64,000 nt of DNA from Lachnospiraceae bacterium (lineage in GTDB: Bacteria; Bacillota; Clostridia; Lachnospirales; Lachnospiraceae): positions 8,261 through 72,260 of the forward strand of contig JAUNOA010000003.1 in the NCBI GenBank assembly GCA_030531245.1, given 5' to 3'. This document shows positions 19,088 to 28,175 of the stretch, piece after piece. Each line of letters opens with the position of its first letter. Position 1 is the stretch's first letter. The notes beneath the pieces were generated by a model, which was not told where the DNA came from, ran no database searches, and was given only the letters and a program-made list of their open reading frames with translations. A program made the position numbers and the translations under genes.

Positions 19088-19088
19088 T

Positions 19089-19580
19089 TCATCTTCCTTT
19101 CCTGGTGTTCAGCTTATCAAATATTTCTTTTTCCACATACGGGTCCACAAACTGTGAAATATCTCCGTTAAATGAGGCAATTTCCTTAACTATACTTGAA
19201 CTCAAATATGAATACTTGAGATTTGTAGTAAGAAACACCGTTTCCACATCACTTGCGATTACTTTATTTGTCTGGGCCATCTGAAGTTCGTATTCAAAAT
19301 CGGTAACGGCACGCAATCCTCTGACAAGCACTTTGGCATCTTCATTATGGGCAAAATCAACAAGCAGCCCGTCAAACGCTTTAACTTTAACGTTATGGTA
19401 ATCTTTCAGGAGAACCCGGAGAAATCCGACTCTTTCATCAGTGTCAAACATCGGTGATTTGTTTTTGTTTATGAGGACGCCTATTATCAGTTCATCAAAT
19501 ATCCGTGAAGCCCGATCGATAATATCCAGATGCCCATTAGTCACCGGGTCGAAGCTTCCGGCATAAATTGCACGGGTCAT
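19089..19580 (-). CDS. coaD: Phosphopantetheine adenylyltransferase
   Basis: 163 aa; AIYAGSFDPVTNGHLDII (HxGH motif) and the typical PPAT length. Confidence 0.95.
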   Translation of the reverse strand: MTRAIYAGSFDPVTNGHLDIIDRASRIFDELIIGVLINKNKSPMFDTDERVGFLRVLLKDYHNVKVKAFDGLLVDFAHNEDAKVLVRGLRAVTDFEYELQMAQTNKVIASDVETVFLTTNLKYSYLSSSIVKEIASFNGDISQFVDPYVEKEIFDKLNTRKGR

Positions 19581-20137
19581 ATAGATTTCCTCCTTAGAAA
19601 AACATGCTTATTCGTTTTATATGATTTGATCTTTTCAATCATATAACCTGACTTTTCAAAATGTTCCGTATCTGACTTTATGCTCATCTCCACGATTATC
19701 AAAGTGTCATCATCAATAAGTGATGAATTTTTCAGGTAAAACAGAACCGGATCCTCCAGTTTCATATCATAGGGCGGATCCATGAAGACGATACTGAAAA
19801 CATCATGTTTATTCTCAAGACGTCTTAATGCGGAAACAGAATCCGAAGTAATAATATCCGATACATCTTCAAATCTCGTATGCTGTACATTATCTCTGAT
19901 AACTGCCGTGGCTTTTGCATTGTTATCGACAAAAACACATTTTGACGCACCTCTGCTTAAAGCTTCTATACCTATTGCTCCGCTCCCGGCAAACAGATCA
20001 AGAAATACAGACCCGGGCAGGTCGAAATTTATCATATTAAACAACGTTTCCTTTATCATATCCGTAGTCGGACGCGTATCATTTCCGGGTAATGTTTTCA
20101 GGATAAGGCGTCTGGCCGTTCCGGCTATAACTCTCAT
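19577..20137 (-). CDS. rsmD: 16S rRNA (guanine(966)-N2)-methyltransferase
   Basis: 186 aa; MRVIAGTARR..L..L.G..TRPT.D..KE.LFN, LDLFAGSGAIGIEALSRGA and DPPY motifs. Conserved rsmD-coaD pairing. Confidence 0.92.
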   Translation of the reverse strand: MRVIAGTARRLILKTLPGNDTRPTTDMIKETLFNMINFDLPGSVFLDLFAGSGAIGIEALSRGASKCVFVDNNAKATAVIRDNVQHTRFEDVSDIITSDSVSALRRLENKHDVFSIVFMDPPYDMKLEDPVLFYLKNSSLIDDDTLIIVEMSIKSDTEHFEKSGYMIEKIKSYKTNKHVFLRRKSI

Positions 20138-22077
20138 TCCACTACCTCCGCCAGGTTCTCTGCATTTACTGTTATCTCAGGTTCTGCGACATCGATTCCG
20201 TGTCCCGATAGTTGACTGTCGGGAACCTCTATTCCGGAATCATATCCGGGTCCGGATGGCTGACTATCGGGAACCTCTATTCCGCGATCATATCCGGGTC
20301 CCCAATCGACAGGTACGGTTTCCGTCTCCTGCTGCTGTGATTCTGTCTGTGGTTCCTGAACCGGTACTTCCTGCTCCTGTCCCGGATCCTGTTCTGTGCT
20401 TTCCGTCGTATCGGTTATTACCGGTGATTTTGTTTCTGCCGTGGTAACACTTCCGCTATCCGGTACTTTTTTTGCCTTTTTGGCTTCCGCTTCTATCTTC
20501 TTCTGCAGCTCTTTTTCTTCAGCCGCCTTTTTCTTTGCCTCATCCTCCGGGTCGAGCGGCATATTCATGATTTCAAAATCATCATCATATACGATTACAG
20601 GGGTACCGGTATTAATAACCTCATATATAGCAGCTGCTTTCTTCAACGGTAGATTCACACATCCGTGTGATCCGTTGACCTTATATATGGTACCTCCGAA
20701 ACTCCCTCTCCATGTTGCATCGTGTAAACCGATACCGTTATTAAAAGGCATCCAATAGGAAACCGGACTTTCCCACTGATAACTTCCGTCACTCCTTCTC
20801 GGTCCTCTTAAGACGGCATTTCTGGCTTTATAGGTAATATCATATACACCTGTCGGTGTAGGAGCCTTTCGCTGCAAACCTCCGGAAACGCAATCCGATA
20901 AGACGATCAGCTTCCCTTCTTTGACAAAAAACACCTGCTGTTTGGCAAGATTGATTTCCACATAGGTATCTCCCCAGTCGCTTTCTTCAAAAGAAACGGC
21001 GCGTGAAGAAAATTCAGGTTCTCTCTCAACAACCTCGCCTTTTTCAAGTATCGTTCGGATTTCTTCCGTTTCGGCATCCTGGTCCACAAGCCATCCGAAA
21101 TCTCCTCCGCTGACAACAGTTTCGTTTCCGTACTGAGTGACAAGCTTTCTTTCCTTACCCAGCGTATCATATGCAGAAGCAAGCATTGAAACAAAGTTTC
21201 TGATTTTTTCTTCATCATATGACAACTTTCCCGAAGCATCATTAATTATCCAGCTGCTCAGAGTCTTGCCGTCCAGTACGATTCCATGTCCGGGATAAGT
21301 GATTTCGGCCTTAACAAATGAATCCAGTTCTTTTTTACGTTCAAGAAGAACAGGATCGTCCTGTTTTACGGTTGCCTGAGAATATATATCTTCACGTTCA
21401 AGATCAATCTCAGGCTCGAGCTTTGTCACAGAATCCTTTATTAAAGCTATGGCTTTTTCTTTATCTGTTATGATATTTCCGTTATATTCCGGCACGACCG
21501 GATAAGAATTTGTTGCTTCGTCATATCCGCCCACTTTAGCGTCAACAGGCCTGTTTGCATTGGCATCGTCAAAAGAATCAAGCTTTGCACAAAACTGTTC
21601 AAGCATAGCATCATCAAGCTCAGTAACAGCGGGAACATCTAATTCCCTGGCTTTAAAAACACATTCAGGCCAAAGCCAGATATTCTGTGATGCCATACAT
21701 TTTTCTATCCCGTCACCCGTATTCATGCTGAGATTTACATCTGAGGATGATATTATTTCCGGCTCGCGTTCAAGAATCCTGATCTCTGCCGAATACTCTC
21801 TGACCTGATTATTTATAAGAGTACTGACATTTTCCGCTGTCATGCCTGACACATCAATATTGTTGATATAAGTGTTTGGAAAAAAAACATTTTTATAGGA
21901 TAACGCTTTCAGATAATAAAAGATACCTGCTCCGATAATGACAATACCGATAATGATCGTCAAAACCCACTTCTTTTTCTTTTCGGGCTTTTTGTTTTCC
22001 TGATCATTACTTTTCAATGATTCAATTTCATTTACAAGTTCATCATCAAGTTTTAAATTCCTTTTATCAGTTTCCAT
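20134..22077 (-). CDS. Membrane-anchored L,D-transpeptidase (YkuD domain) with repetitive C-terminal tail
   Basis: 647 aa with an N-terminal TM helix, a long extracellular region, the YkuD catalytic motif GLHDATWR...NGSHGCVNLP, then a K/E-rich and P/E/Q-rich tail with GPGYDxGIEVPDSQxS repeats. Confidence 0.85.
   Translation of the reverse strand: METDKRNLKLDDELVNEIESLKSNDQENKKPEKKKKWVLTIIIGIVIIGAGIFYYLKALSYKNVFFPNTYINNIDVSGMTAENVSTLINNQVREYSAEIRILEREPEIISSSDVNLSMNTGDGIEKCMASQNIWLWPECVFKARELDVPAVTELDDAMLEQFCAKLDSFDDANANRPVDAKVGGYDEATNSYPVVPEYNGNIITDKEKAIALIKDSVTKLEPEIDLEREDIYSQATVKQDDPVLLERKKELDSFVKAEITYPGHGIVLDGKTLSSWIINDASGKLSYDEEKIRNFVSMLASAYDTLGKERKLVTQYGNETVVSGGDFGWLVDQDAETEEIRTILEKGEVVEREPEFSSRAVSFEESDWGDTYVEINLAKQQVFFVKEGKLIVLSDCVSGGLQRKAPTPTGVYDITYKARNAVLRGPRRSDGSYQWESPVSYWMPFNNGIGLHDATWRGSFGGTIYKVNGSHGCVNLPLKKAAAIYEVINTGTPVIVYDDDFEIMNMPLDPEDEAKKKAAEEKELQKKIEAEAKKAKKVPDSGSVTTAETKSPVITDTTESTEQDPGQEQEVPVQEPQTESQQQETETVPVDWGPGYDRGIEVPDSQPSGPGYDSGIEVPDSQLSGHGIDVAEPEITVNAENLAEVVE
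20214..20309. repeat. Two tandem 48-bp repeats inside the L,D-transpeptidase 3' end
   Basis: Unit 1 (20214-20261, gactgtcgggaacctctattccggaatcatatccgggtcc...) and unit 2 (20262-20309, gactatcgggaacctctattccgcgatcatatccgggtcc...). A degenerate third unit lies at ~20185-20213. Confidence 0.85.
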
Positions 22078-22095
22078 GTCATCCCAAAAGTATAT

Positions 22096-24150
22096 TTATA
22101 TACTTAAATTAATAAGCCTTTTATCCCTGTAATCTTCCATATGTTTCCGGAATCTGATGAATTCATCATCATCAGGTCTGAAATCGGAAGTGTCAATATA
22201 TTCACAGCATTCCCGGGCAAGATCCAGAATATCTGCATCAGTGTAAATATTTCCCAGTTCAAATCTCATGTCACCGCTTTGGGCCTGTCCGAGGATTTCT
22301 CCGGGTCCGCGAAGTCTTAAATCTTCAGACGCGATAAAAAAGCCGTCATTGGAATCTCCGACAACTTTCAGTCTTTGTTTGGATACCTCTGAATCAGAAG
22401 TTCTGACAAAAATACAATATGACTGATCGTCTCCTCTGCCGACTCTTCCGCGCAACTGATGAAGAGTTGCCAAACCGAAACGTTCTGCATTCTCGATCAT
22501 CATAACTGTTGCATTCGGTACGTCAACTCCGACTTCGACCACAGTAGTTGAAATCAATATATTGATGTCTCCGTTCGCAAAGGAACACATTATATTGTTC
22601 TTTTCCTCCGGGGACATCCTTCCATGTAAGAATTGTACCACAATATTTTCAGGAAATATACACTTAATTTTCGATGTATAATCAATGACATTTTCTGCCT
22701 CTACAGCTTCGTTTTCTTCTATCATCGGACAGATTATGTATGCCTGATGACCGGCATTGATCTGATCAAGAATGGTTCTGTAGGCTTTCCCTCTGTCCTT
22801 TGGGATGATGACGGCATTTTTCACAGGCAGTCTTCCGTCCGGCTTGGTCATAATAGTTGAGATATCAAGATCTCCGTACAGAATCACAGCCAGAGTACGC
22901 GGTATGGGTGTTGCACTCATAACAAGAACATGCGGGGATTTTCCGTTATCTGCGAGCCTTTCCCTCTGTTTGACTCCGAATCTGTGCTGCTCATCGGTTA
23001 CGACCAGCCCTGCATCATGAAAAACGACCGAATCCTGAATAACGGCATGAGTACCTATTATGATATCTACCCTTCCTGATTCGATTTCTTCATGCATGGC
23101 TTTCTTTTCTTTATTTGACATAGATCCTGTCAGCAACCCAATCCTTGGTTTATCCTCAAAATCTGCAAATATTTTCATACAAGTCTGATAATGCTGACTC
23201 GCAAGCACCTCTGTTGGAACCATAATTACACTCTGATATCCTGATCTGCAAACAGCATACATGGCTATTAAGGAGACTATTGTTTTACCTGAACCGACAT
23301 CTCCCTGCAGAAGTCTGTTCATTACTTTTCCGTTTTTAAAATCACCGAATATATCCCTTACAGCTTGGATTTGATCCCCCGTCAGGGAAAAGTCCAGTTT
23401 AGCGGCAAATTCATCCAGAATATTTTCAGTATTTATTATAAATTCCGATTTTGCGACGGGATTGTTTTTCAGTCTTTTTATACTGTATAAAAAATTGAAA
23501 AACTCATCAAAAACAACTCTTTTTCTGGCCTGCTCCAGTGCTGACGAAGAGTTTGCCTGATGAATTGTTCTGCCGGCTGTATCATTATCGACAAGCCCGT
23601 ATTTTTCTCTGATATCTACCGGAAGAAAATCTTCACCAAAAGAAAATTCCGAGAGTGCGCAGGATACTGCTTTCCTTACTATCTTCTGACTCAGACCTCT
23701 GACAGTTCTGTATACAGGCTGGAGTCCTCCTGCCATTTTCCTGTACTCGTTCAAGTCATATATTACCGGATGTTCTATAACTCTCTTCCCTTTCCTCTCG
23801 GTCACTTTGCCTGAAAAAACATATTCTTTTTCCTTTGTAATGTTTGTAACAATATATGGACAGTTATACCATACACATCTTATTTTCCCGGAATAATCCT
23901 CAATATAAGCTTCAGTTATCTTAAGCTTTCCGGCACGGATTGTTTTAGGCGAAGAAATGATACGCGCGGAAACTGCCGCATTATTGTCAGCAGTCAATTC
24001 TTCAATACTGACCAGTTCTTCGTACGGCAGATATCTGATCGGATAAAAATGCACCAGATCTTCTATATCAAAAACACCCAGTTCATTAAATAATCTGGAT
24101 GTCTTTTCCCCTATTCCTTTTATTCTCTGCAATGAATCGTTCTTAACCAT
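22096..24150 (-). CDS. recG: ATP-dependent DNA helicase RecG
   Basis: 684 aa with a wedge domain and SF2 helicase motifs (GDVGSGKT, DEQHRFG, SATPIPRT, QLRGRVGRG). Confidence 0.95.
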   Translation of the reverse strand: MVKNDSLQRIKGIGEKTSRLFNELGVFDIEDLVHFYPIRYLPYEELVSIEELTADNNAAVSARIISSPKTIRAGKLKITEAYIEDYSGKIRCVWYNCPYIVTNITKEKEYVFSGKVTERKGKRVIEHPVIYDLNEYRKMAGGLQPVYRTVRGLSQKIVRKAVSCALSEFSFGEDFLPVDIREKYGLVDNDTAGRTIHQANSSSALEQARKRVVFDEFFNFLYSIKRLKNNPVAKSEFIINTENILDEFAAKLDFSLTGDQIQAVRDIFGDFKNGKVMNRLLQGDVGSGKTIVSLIAMYAVCRSGYQSVIMVPTEVLASQHYQTCMKIFADFEDKPRIGLLTGSMSNKEKKAMHEEIESGRVDIIIGTHAVIQDSVVFHDAGLVVTDEQHRFGVKQRERLADNGKSPHVLVMSATPIPRTLAVILYGDLDISTIMTKPDGRLPVKNAVIIPKDRGKAYRTILDQINAGHQAYIICPMIEENEAVEAENVIDYTSKIKCIFPENIVVQFLHGRMSPEEKNNIMCSFANGDINILISTTVVEVGVDVPNATVMMIENAERFGLATLHQLRGRVGRGDDQSYCIFVRTSDSEVSKQRLKVVGDSNDGFFIASEDLRLRGPGEILGQAQSGDMRFELGNIYTDADILDLARECCEYIDTSDFRPDDDEFIRFRKHMEDYRDKRLINLSI

Positions 24151-24192
24151 AGCTTCGCAGTTTATGTGTAAATGTACAGGTTCGTCCGATCG

Positions 24193-24221
24193 TAAAATGG
24201 CAATTCCGGAAAGGAATTGCC
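24193..24221 (-). terminator. Rho-independent terminator after yloV
   Basis: 9-bp stem GGCAATTCC / GGAATTGCC (24199-24221). On the minus strand it is followed by ATTTTAC. Confidence 0.7.
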
Positions 24222-24228
24222 AAATACA

Positions 24229-25887
24229 TTACTCTATTGAAATGAAATAAGAATATACCGGCTGATCTCCTTCTTCAACATCAAAATCCACATCCGGATA
24301 CAGTTCTATCAGTCTGTCTGTCATTTTTACGGCTTCGGATTCCGTAACATCCGAACCGTAATATACCGTTACAATCTCTGTCTCGCCGTCAATAAGAGCC
24401 TTGCAGGCTTTAAATGCGGCTTCGTCTCTCGATTGTTCAACGGCCAGCATACCGTCATCACCGATAGCCATATAATCTCCGTTGTGAATATCAAATCCGT
24501 CAATCACGGTATCTCTGATAGCGTATGTTACTTCACAGTATTTTACAGTTGAAAGAGAATCCGTCATAGCCGTTTCATTATCATCAGGAACGGCTTCCGG
24601 ATTAAATGACATCATAGCTGTTATACCAAGCGGAATACTCTTTGAAGGAATAACATGAACATCGACATTATCGGTTATTCCCGCAGCCTGTTTTGCAGCC
24701 AGGATAATGTTCTTGTTATTCGGCAGTATGTAAACCACATCCGCGTTGACCTTCTCAATGGCTACAACAAAATCATCGGTACTCGGATTCATCGTCTGTC
24801 CGCCTTCTATGACGTAATCCACCCCGAGTTCACGGAAGATATCACTCAGTCCCTGTCCCGCTGAAACGGTAATAATACCGTATTTCTTACGCTCGGCTTT
24901 ATTTGGGGGAACCGGCTCAGACTGTCTGCTGTCCAATTCCTTTTTGATCAGTTCGGCATTCTCCTCACGAAGATTATCTATCTTGATTCCGGATAACTGA
25001 CCGTAGGTAAGAGCTTTGGTGATGACTTTTCCCGGATCATCTGTATGAACATGCACCTTGAAAAGATCATCATCCACAACGCAGACAACGGAATCTCCCA
25101 TTGTTCCGAGGAATGCCTTGAAATTCTTCTCCTCCGGAGAATCCAATGAAGCATGCACAATAAACTCTGTACAATATCCGAACCTGATATCACTGGTCTC
25201 AAGTGCTCCTACGTTTGATGCACGCATCTGAGAAGGTCCTGAAGCAGACATACCATTGAATTCAAGATTGTTACCCTTTATCGATGCAACTGCCGCTTCC
25301 ACTATGACCATAAGTCCCTGCCCGCCGGAATCAACAACGCCTGCCTGTTTCAGAACAGGAAGCATATCCGGTGTCTTTGCCAGCATATCATTTCCGGCCT
25401 TTATGATTTCATCGGCAATGACCTCTATATCATCGGTTTCCCTGGAAATCTCTACAGCTTTATCACTCATTGCGCGGGCAACGGTCAGTATAGTTCCCTC
25501 TTTCGGTTTCATAACGGCTTTATAAGCGGTTTCTACTGCCTTTGAAACCGCAGCTGCAAGGATATTGCTGTCAACTGTTTTTTCTTCACGGATAACCTTT
25601 GTGAAACCTCTCAGCAGCTGTGAAGTGATTACCCCTGAATTACCTCTGGCACCTCTGAGCGTGCCGGATGATATGACTTTACATATAGCAGTCATATCCG
25701 GATTCTCCAACCCGGCCACCTCTTCTGCAGCAGCCATCATGGTCAGTGTCATATTTGTTCCCGTATCACCGTCAGGAACAGGGAAAACATTCAGCTCATT
25801 TATCCATTCTTTTTTAGAATCCAGAGCAACCGCTGAAGATAGAAATGCCTTCTGAATCATTGAGGCATCAATATTTTTCAAGCTCAA
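24229..25887 (-). CDS. DAK2 domain fusion protein YloV
   Basis: 552 aa; the N-terminal Dak2 domain (VFPVPDGDTGTNM) fused to a DegV-like C-terminal domain, the typical YloV architecture. It is paired with asp23/yloU. Confidence 0.88.
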   Translation of the reverse strand: MSLKNIDASMIQKAFLSSAVALDSKKEWINELNVFPVPDGDTGTNMTLTMMAAAEEVAGLENPDMTAICKVISSGTLRGARGNSGVITSQLLRGFTKVIREEKTVDSNILAAAVSKAVETAYKAVMKPKEGTILTVARAMSDKAVEISRETDDIEVIADEIIKAGNDMLAKTPDMLPVLKQAGVVDSGGQGLMVIVEAAVASIKGNNLEFNGMSASGPSQMRASNVGALETSDIRFGYCTEFIVHASLDSPEEKNFKAFLGTMGDSVVCVVDDDLFKVHVHTDDPGKVITKALTYGQLSGIKIDNLREENAELIKKELDSRQSEPVPPNKAERKKYGIITVSAGQGLSDIFRELGVDYVIEGGQTMNPSTDDFVVAIEKVNADVVYILPNNKNIILAAKQAAGITDNVDVHVIPSKSIPLGITAMMSFNPEAVPDDNETAMTDSLSTVKYCEVTYAIRDTVIDGFDIHNGDYMAIGDDGMLAVEQSRDEAAFKACKALIDGETEIVTVYYGSDVTESEAVKMTDRLIELYPDVDFDVEEGDQPVYSYFISIE

Positions 25888-25901
25888 TACGTCCAGCCTC
25901 C

Positions 25902-26261
25902 TTAATCTATTACTCTAACGCCTTCAACCAGAACATTAATGCATGATACCTTCATTCCGGTAAACTCTTCAAGTTTGTACTTAACATTTTCCATAAGATT
26001 TTCAGTAACAGATACGATATTAAGCCCGTATGCTACTATTACATGAAAAGAAATGCTGATGTTATTATCGGTTATGGTTACCTCTATGCCTTTTTTCAGC
26101 GATTCTTTCTTTAAAAGATGCATAACGCTGTCTTTAGTGCTTTTGGCCGCCATCCCGACAATCCCGAAGCATTCAAGTGCCTGGGCGCCTGCAAACTGAG
26201 CAATTACATCCGGGGTGATAATGACATTACCCATTGAATTATTCAAGTGTCCTCTTTCCAC
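25902..26261 (-). CDS. Asp23/Gls24 family envelope stress protein (YloU-like)
   Basis: 119 aa; ...VIAQFAGAQALECFGIVGMA...VAYGLNI..V..NL...V...LE..TG..V..INV.V.GV is typical of Asp23. Confidence 0.88.
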   Translation of the reverse strand: MERGHLNNSMGNVIITPDVIAQFAGAQALECFGIVGMAAKSTKDSVMHLLKKESLKKGIEVTITDNNISISFHVIVAYGLNIVSVTENLMENVKYKLEEFTGMKVSCINVLVEGVRVID

Positions 26262-26360
26262 GATAATCTCCTATAATACTAAATATGGTATATAAAACTG
26301 CCACTATACATAATTACATCAAGAATTATACATTATTTTTAAATAAAAGACAATTTTCTC

Positions 26361-26389
26361 TTGCAAAAAGCCATTCTTTTTGGTATCAT
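26361..26389 (+). promoter_or_regulatory. Sigma-A type promoter for rpmB
   Basis: TTGCAA (26361-26366), a 17-nt spacer ending in TGg, and TATCAT (26384-26389), an extended -10. Confidence 0.6.
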
Positions 26390-26443
26390 ATTTCGTGCTG
26401 TGATTTCGAAAATAGGAATTGCAGGAATTAAGGAGGTGAAAAC

Positions 26444-26629
26444 ATGGCTAAATGTGCAGTTTGTGGTAAGGGAGTTCATTTTGGTAACGCTGTGAGCCAT
26501 TCACATAGAAGATCAAATAAGATATGGCATGCAAATGTTAAGTCAGTACGTGTTAAGACAGAAAACGGACATCAGAGAATGTACGTTTGTACTTCCTGCC
26601 TTCGTTCAGGCAAAGTTGAAAGAGGCTGA
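26444..26629 (+). CDS. rpmB: 50S ribosomal protein L28
   Basis: 61 aa; MAKCAVCGKG..FGN.VSHS.RRSN..W.AN...VRV is a typical L28 sequence. AGGAGG SD. Confidence 0.95.
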   Translation: MAKCAVCGKGVHFGNAVSHSHRRSNKIWHANVKSVRVKTENGHQRMYVCTSCLRSGKVERG

Positions 26630-26653
26630 TTTAATTTCTAACCCGTATATATT

Positions 26654-26681
26654 AAAACGCAGGCGGATATGCCTGCGTTTT
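26654..26681. terminator. Bidirectional Rho-independent terminator (rpmB / ytfJ)
   Basis: 8-bp stem ACGCAGGC / GCCTGCGT with loop GGATAT, flanked by AAAA and TTTT. Confidence 0.8.
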
Positions 26682-26684
26682 AAT

Positions 26685-27053
26685 TTACTCTTCTTTCTCA
26701 TGCATCATTTTCTTTGCTTTTGAAATAATGCCCGGTGAGACTTTTTTCCCGCTTACTTTATTCACAAAATCCGGAATCAGATCCACTACTTTGGAAACAG
26801 CATCGGTATTCTTAAGGTTGACAACTCTTCCGATTCCGTTCTGCATTACATAAAGTGCCACCGGAGTCATCCTTGCGCTCATTGCCCCTGCATTGCTTGA
26901 TTCATGGGCAAAGGATCCGCTTGCCATACCGAAAGATACTTCCATAATCGGAATAATTACAGAATCGTCTATAGTAATAGGATCGCCAATAATGGTCTTT
27001 GTTTTTAATAAAGTATCCACCCCTTTAAATAATGAATCAAACTCACTTGCCAT
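26685..27053 (-). CDS. ytfJ: GerW/YtfJ family sporulation protein
   Basis: 122 aa; ...TIIGDPITIDDSVIIPIMEVSFGMASGS...MTPVALYVMQNG is typical of the YtfJ/GerW family. Confidence 0.8.
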   Translation of the reverse strand: MASEFDSLFKGVDTLLKTKTIIGDPITIDDSVIIPIMEVSFGMASGSFAHESSNAGAMSARMTPVALYVMQNGIGRVVNLKNTDAVSKVVDLIPDFVNKVSGKKVSPGIISKAKKMMHEKEE

Positions 27054-27627
27054 TATACTTCCTCCATAATTTCTTGAAATTCTTATTCAGTATAAGCCTG
27101 CATACAATAAACAGAGAATACATTACCAATACTCTTCCGCTTAACTTCAAACCGCATTCCAGTTTTTTCTCGTCCCAGTACGGATATACTTTTAACCTGT
27201 CACCGTTCATAGCATACAGTAGCGCAAAAAATTCCAGAACCTTACCTGTCAGATACGGATCATCCAGACCAAAATGTATCTCTCCTTCTATTTCTCTCGG
27301 AAAAACATGTCTCAAAAGCTTAAAGACAATATTTTTAACGTCATCTATAGCGTCTCTGTTTTCATCATCTGAAATAAAACTGAACAGTTTGCTGAGTTTA
27401 TCGCTTGTATTTTCTGCACTCCCGGTATCTGTGTCGGAGTCTTCTTTGTCCTTGAAGGAATCCACGCAATCTTCTTGAGTTTTTATTTTTCTTCCGAACA
27501 GAAAAAGTCCCGACTGTTCTTCAGATCCGTATATATATCTGTATTTGAGCAGACCAAAGATTGCGGATGCCTCCGCTTCAGCATCAAGATTATCCTTATA
27601 ATTTATATTTCCATTATACCAAATCAT
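27043..27627 (-). CDS. DUF2953 (YtfI-like) protein
   Basis: 194 aa. The C-terminal EGEIHFGLDDPYLTGKVLEFFALLY resembles DUF2953. It is adjacent to ytfJ as in B. subtilis ytfI-ytfJ. The start is uncertain because no N-terminal TM helix is seen. Confidence 0.6.
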   Translation of the reverse strand: MIWYNGNINYKDNLDAEAEASAIFGLLKYRYIYGSEEQSGLFLFGRKIKTQEDCVDSFKDKEDSDTDTGSAENTSDKLSKLFSFISDDENRDAIDDVKNIVFKLLRHVFPREIEGEIHFGLDDPYLTGKVLEFFALLYAMNGDRLKVYPYWDEKKLECGLKLSGRVLVMYSLFIVCRLILNKNFKKLWRKYNGK

Positions 27628-28175
27628 TAATCTTTAAGTACATCGATATTTTTTGCAATATATTCAATAAGAGAAACTACCGTAAGTACTGTCATAACAA
27701 CGATCATAATGCCAGTTACTGTTTTCAGCTGAGGAATATCGATAATCAGCAGTATTATGGTTATCATCTGCGAGACGGTTTTTGCCTTCCCCCATTTATT
27801 GGCTGCGATGACAACTCCCTTATCCGAAGCGATAAGGCGGAATCCGCTGATAATAAATTCTCTTGCGATTATTATTATCACGACCCAAGCCGGAATCGAA
27901 CCGATCTGCACAAAACAGATCAGTGCAGAACATACCAGCAGCTTATCGGCAAGAGGGTCCATAAATTTACCGAAATTGGTAATCAGATTTCTGGACCGTG
28001 CTATATAACCATCCAGCGCATCCGTAGCCGATGCAATACAGAACACGAGCAGTGCCAGTATTTTAAACAGAAAGTTGTTCTGCCCTATAAAAAGAAATAC
28101 TATAAAAACCGGTACCAACAGTATCCTGAGTATCGTAAGCTTATTGGGTGTATTTAGATTTTTAAAAAAAGACAT
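27627..28175 (-). CDS. pgsA: CDP-diacylglycerol--glycerol-3-phosphate 3-phosphatidyltransferase
   Basis: 182 aa with the CDP-alcohol phosphatidyltransferase motif DALDGYIAR...G...DPLADK and multiple TM helices. Confidence 0.92.
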   Translation of the reverse strand: MSFFKNLNTPNKLTILRILLVPVFIVFLFIGQNNFLFKILALLVFCIASATDALDGYIARSRNLITNFGKFMDPLADKLLVCSALICFVQIGSIPAWVVIIIIAREFIISGFRLIASDKGVVIAANKWGKAKTVSQMITIILLIIDIPQLKTVTGIMIVVMTVLTVVSLIEYIAKNIDVLKD

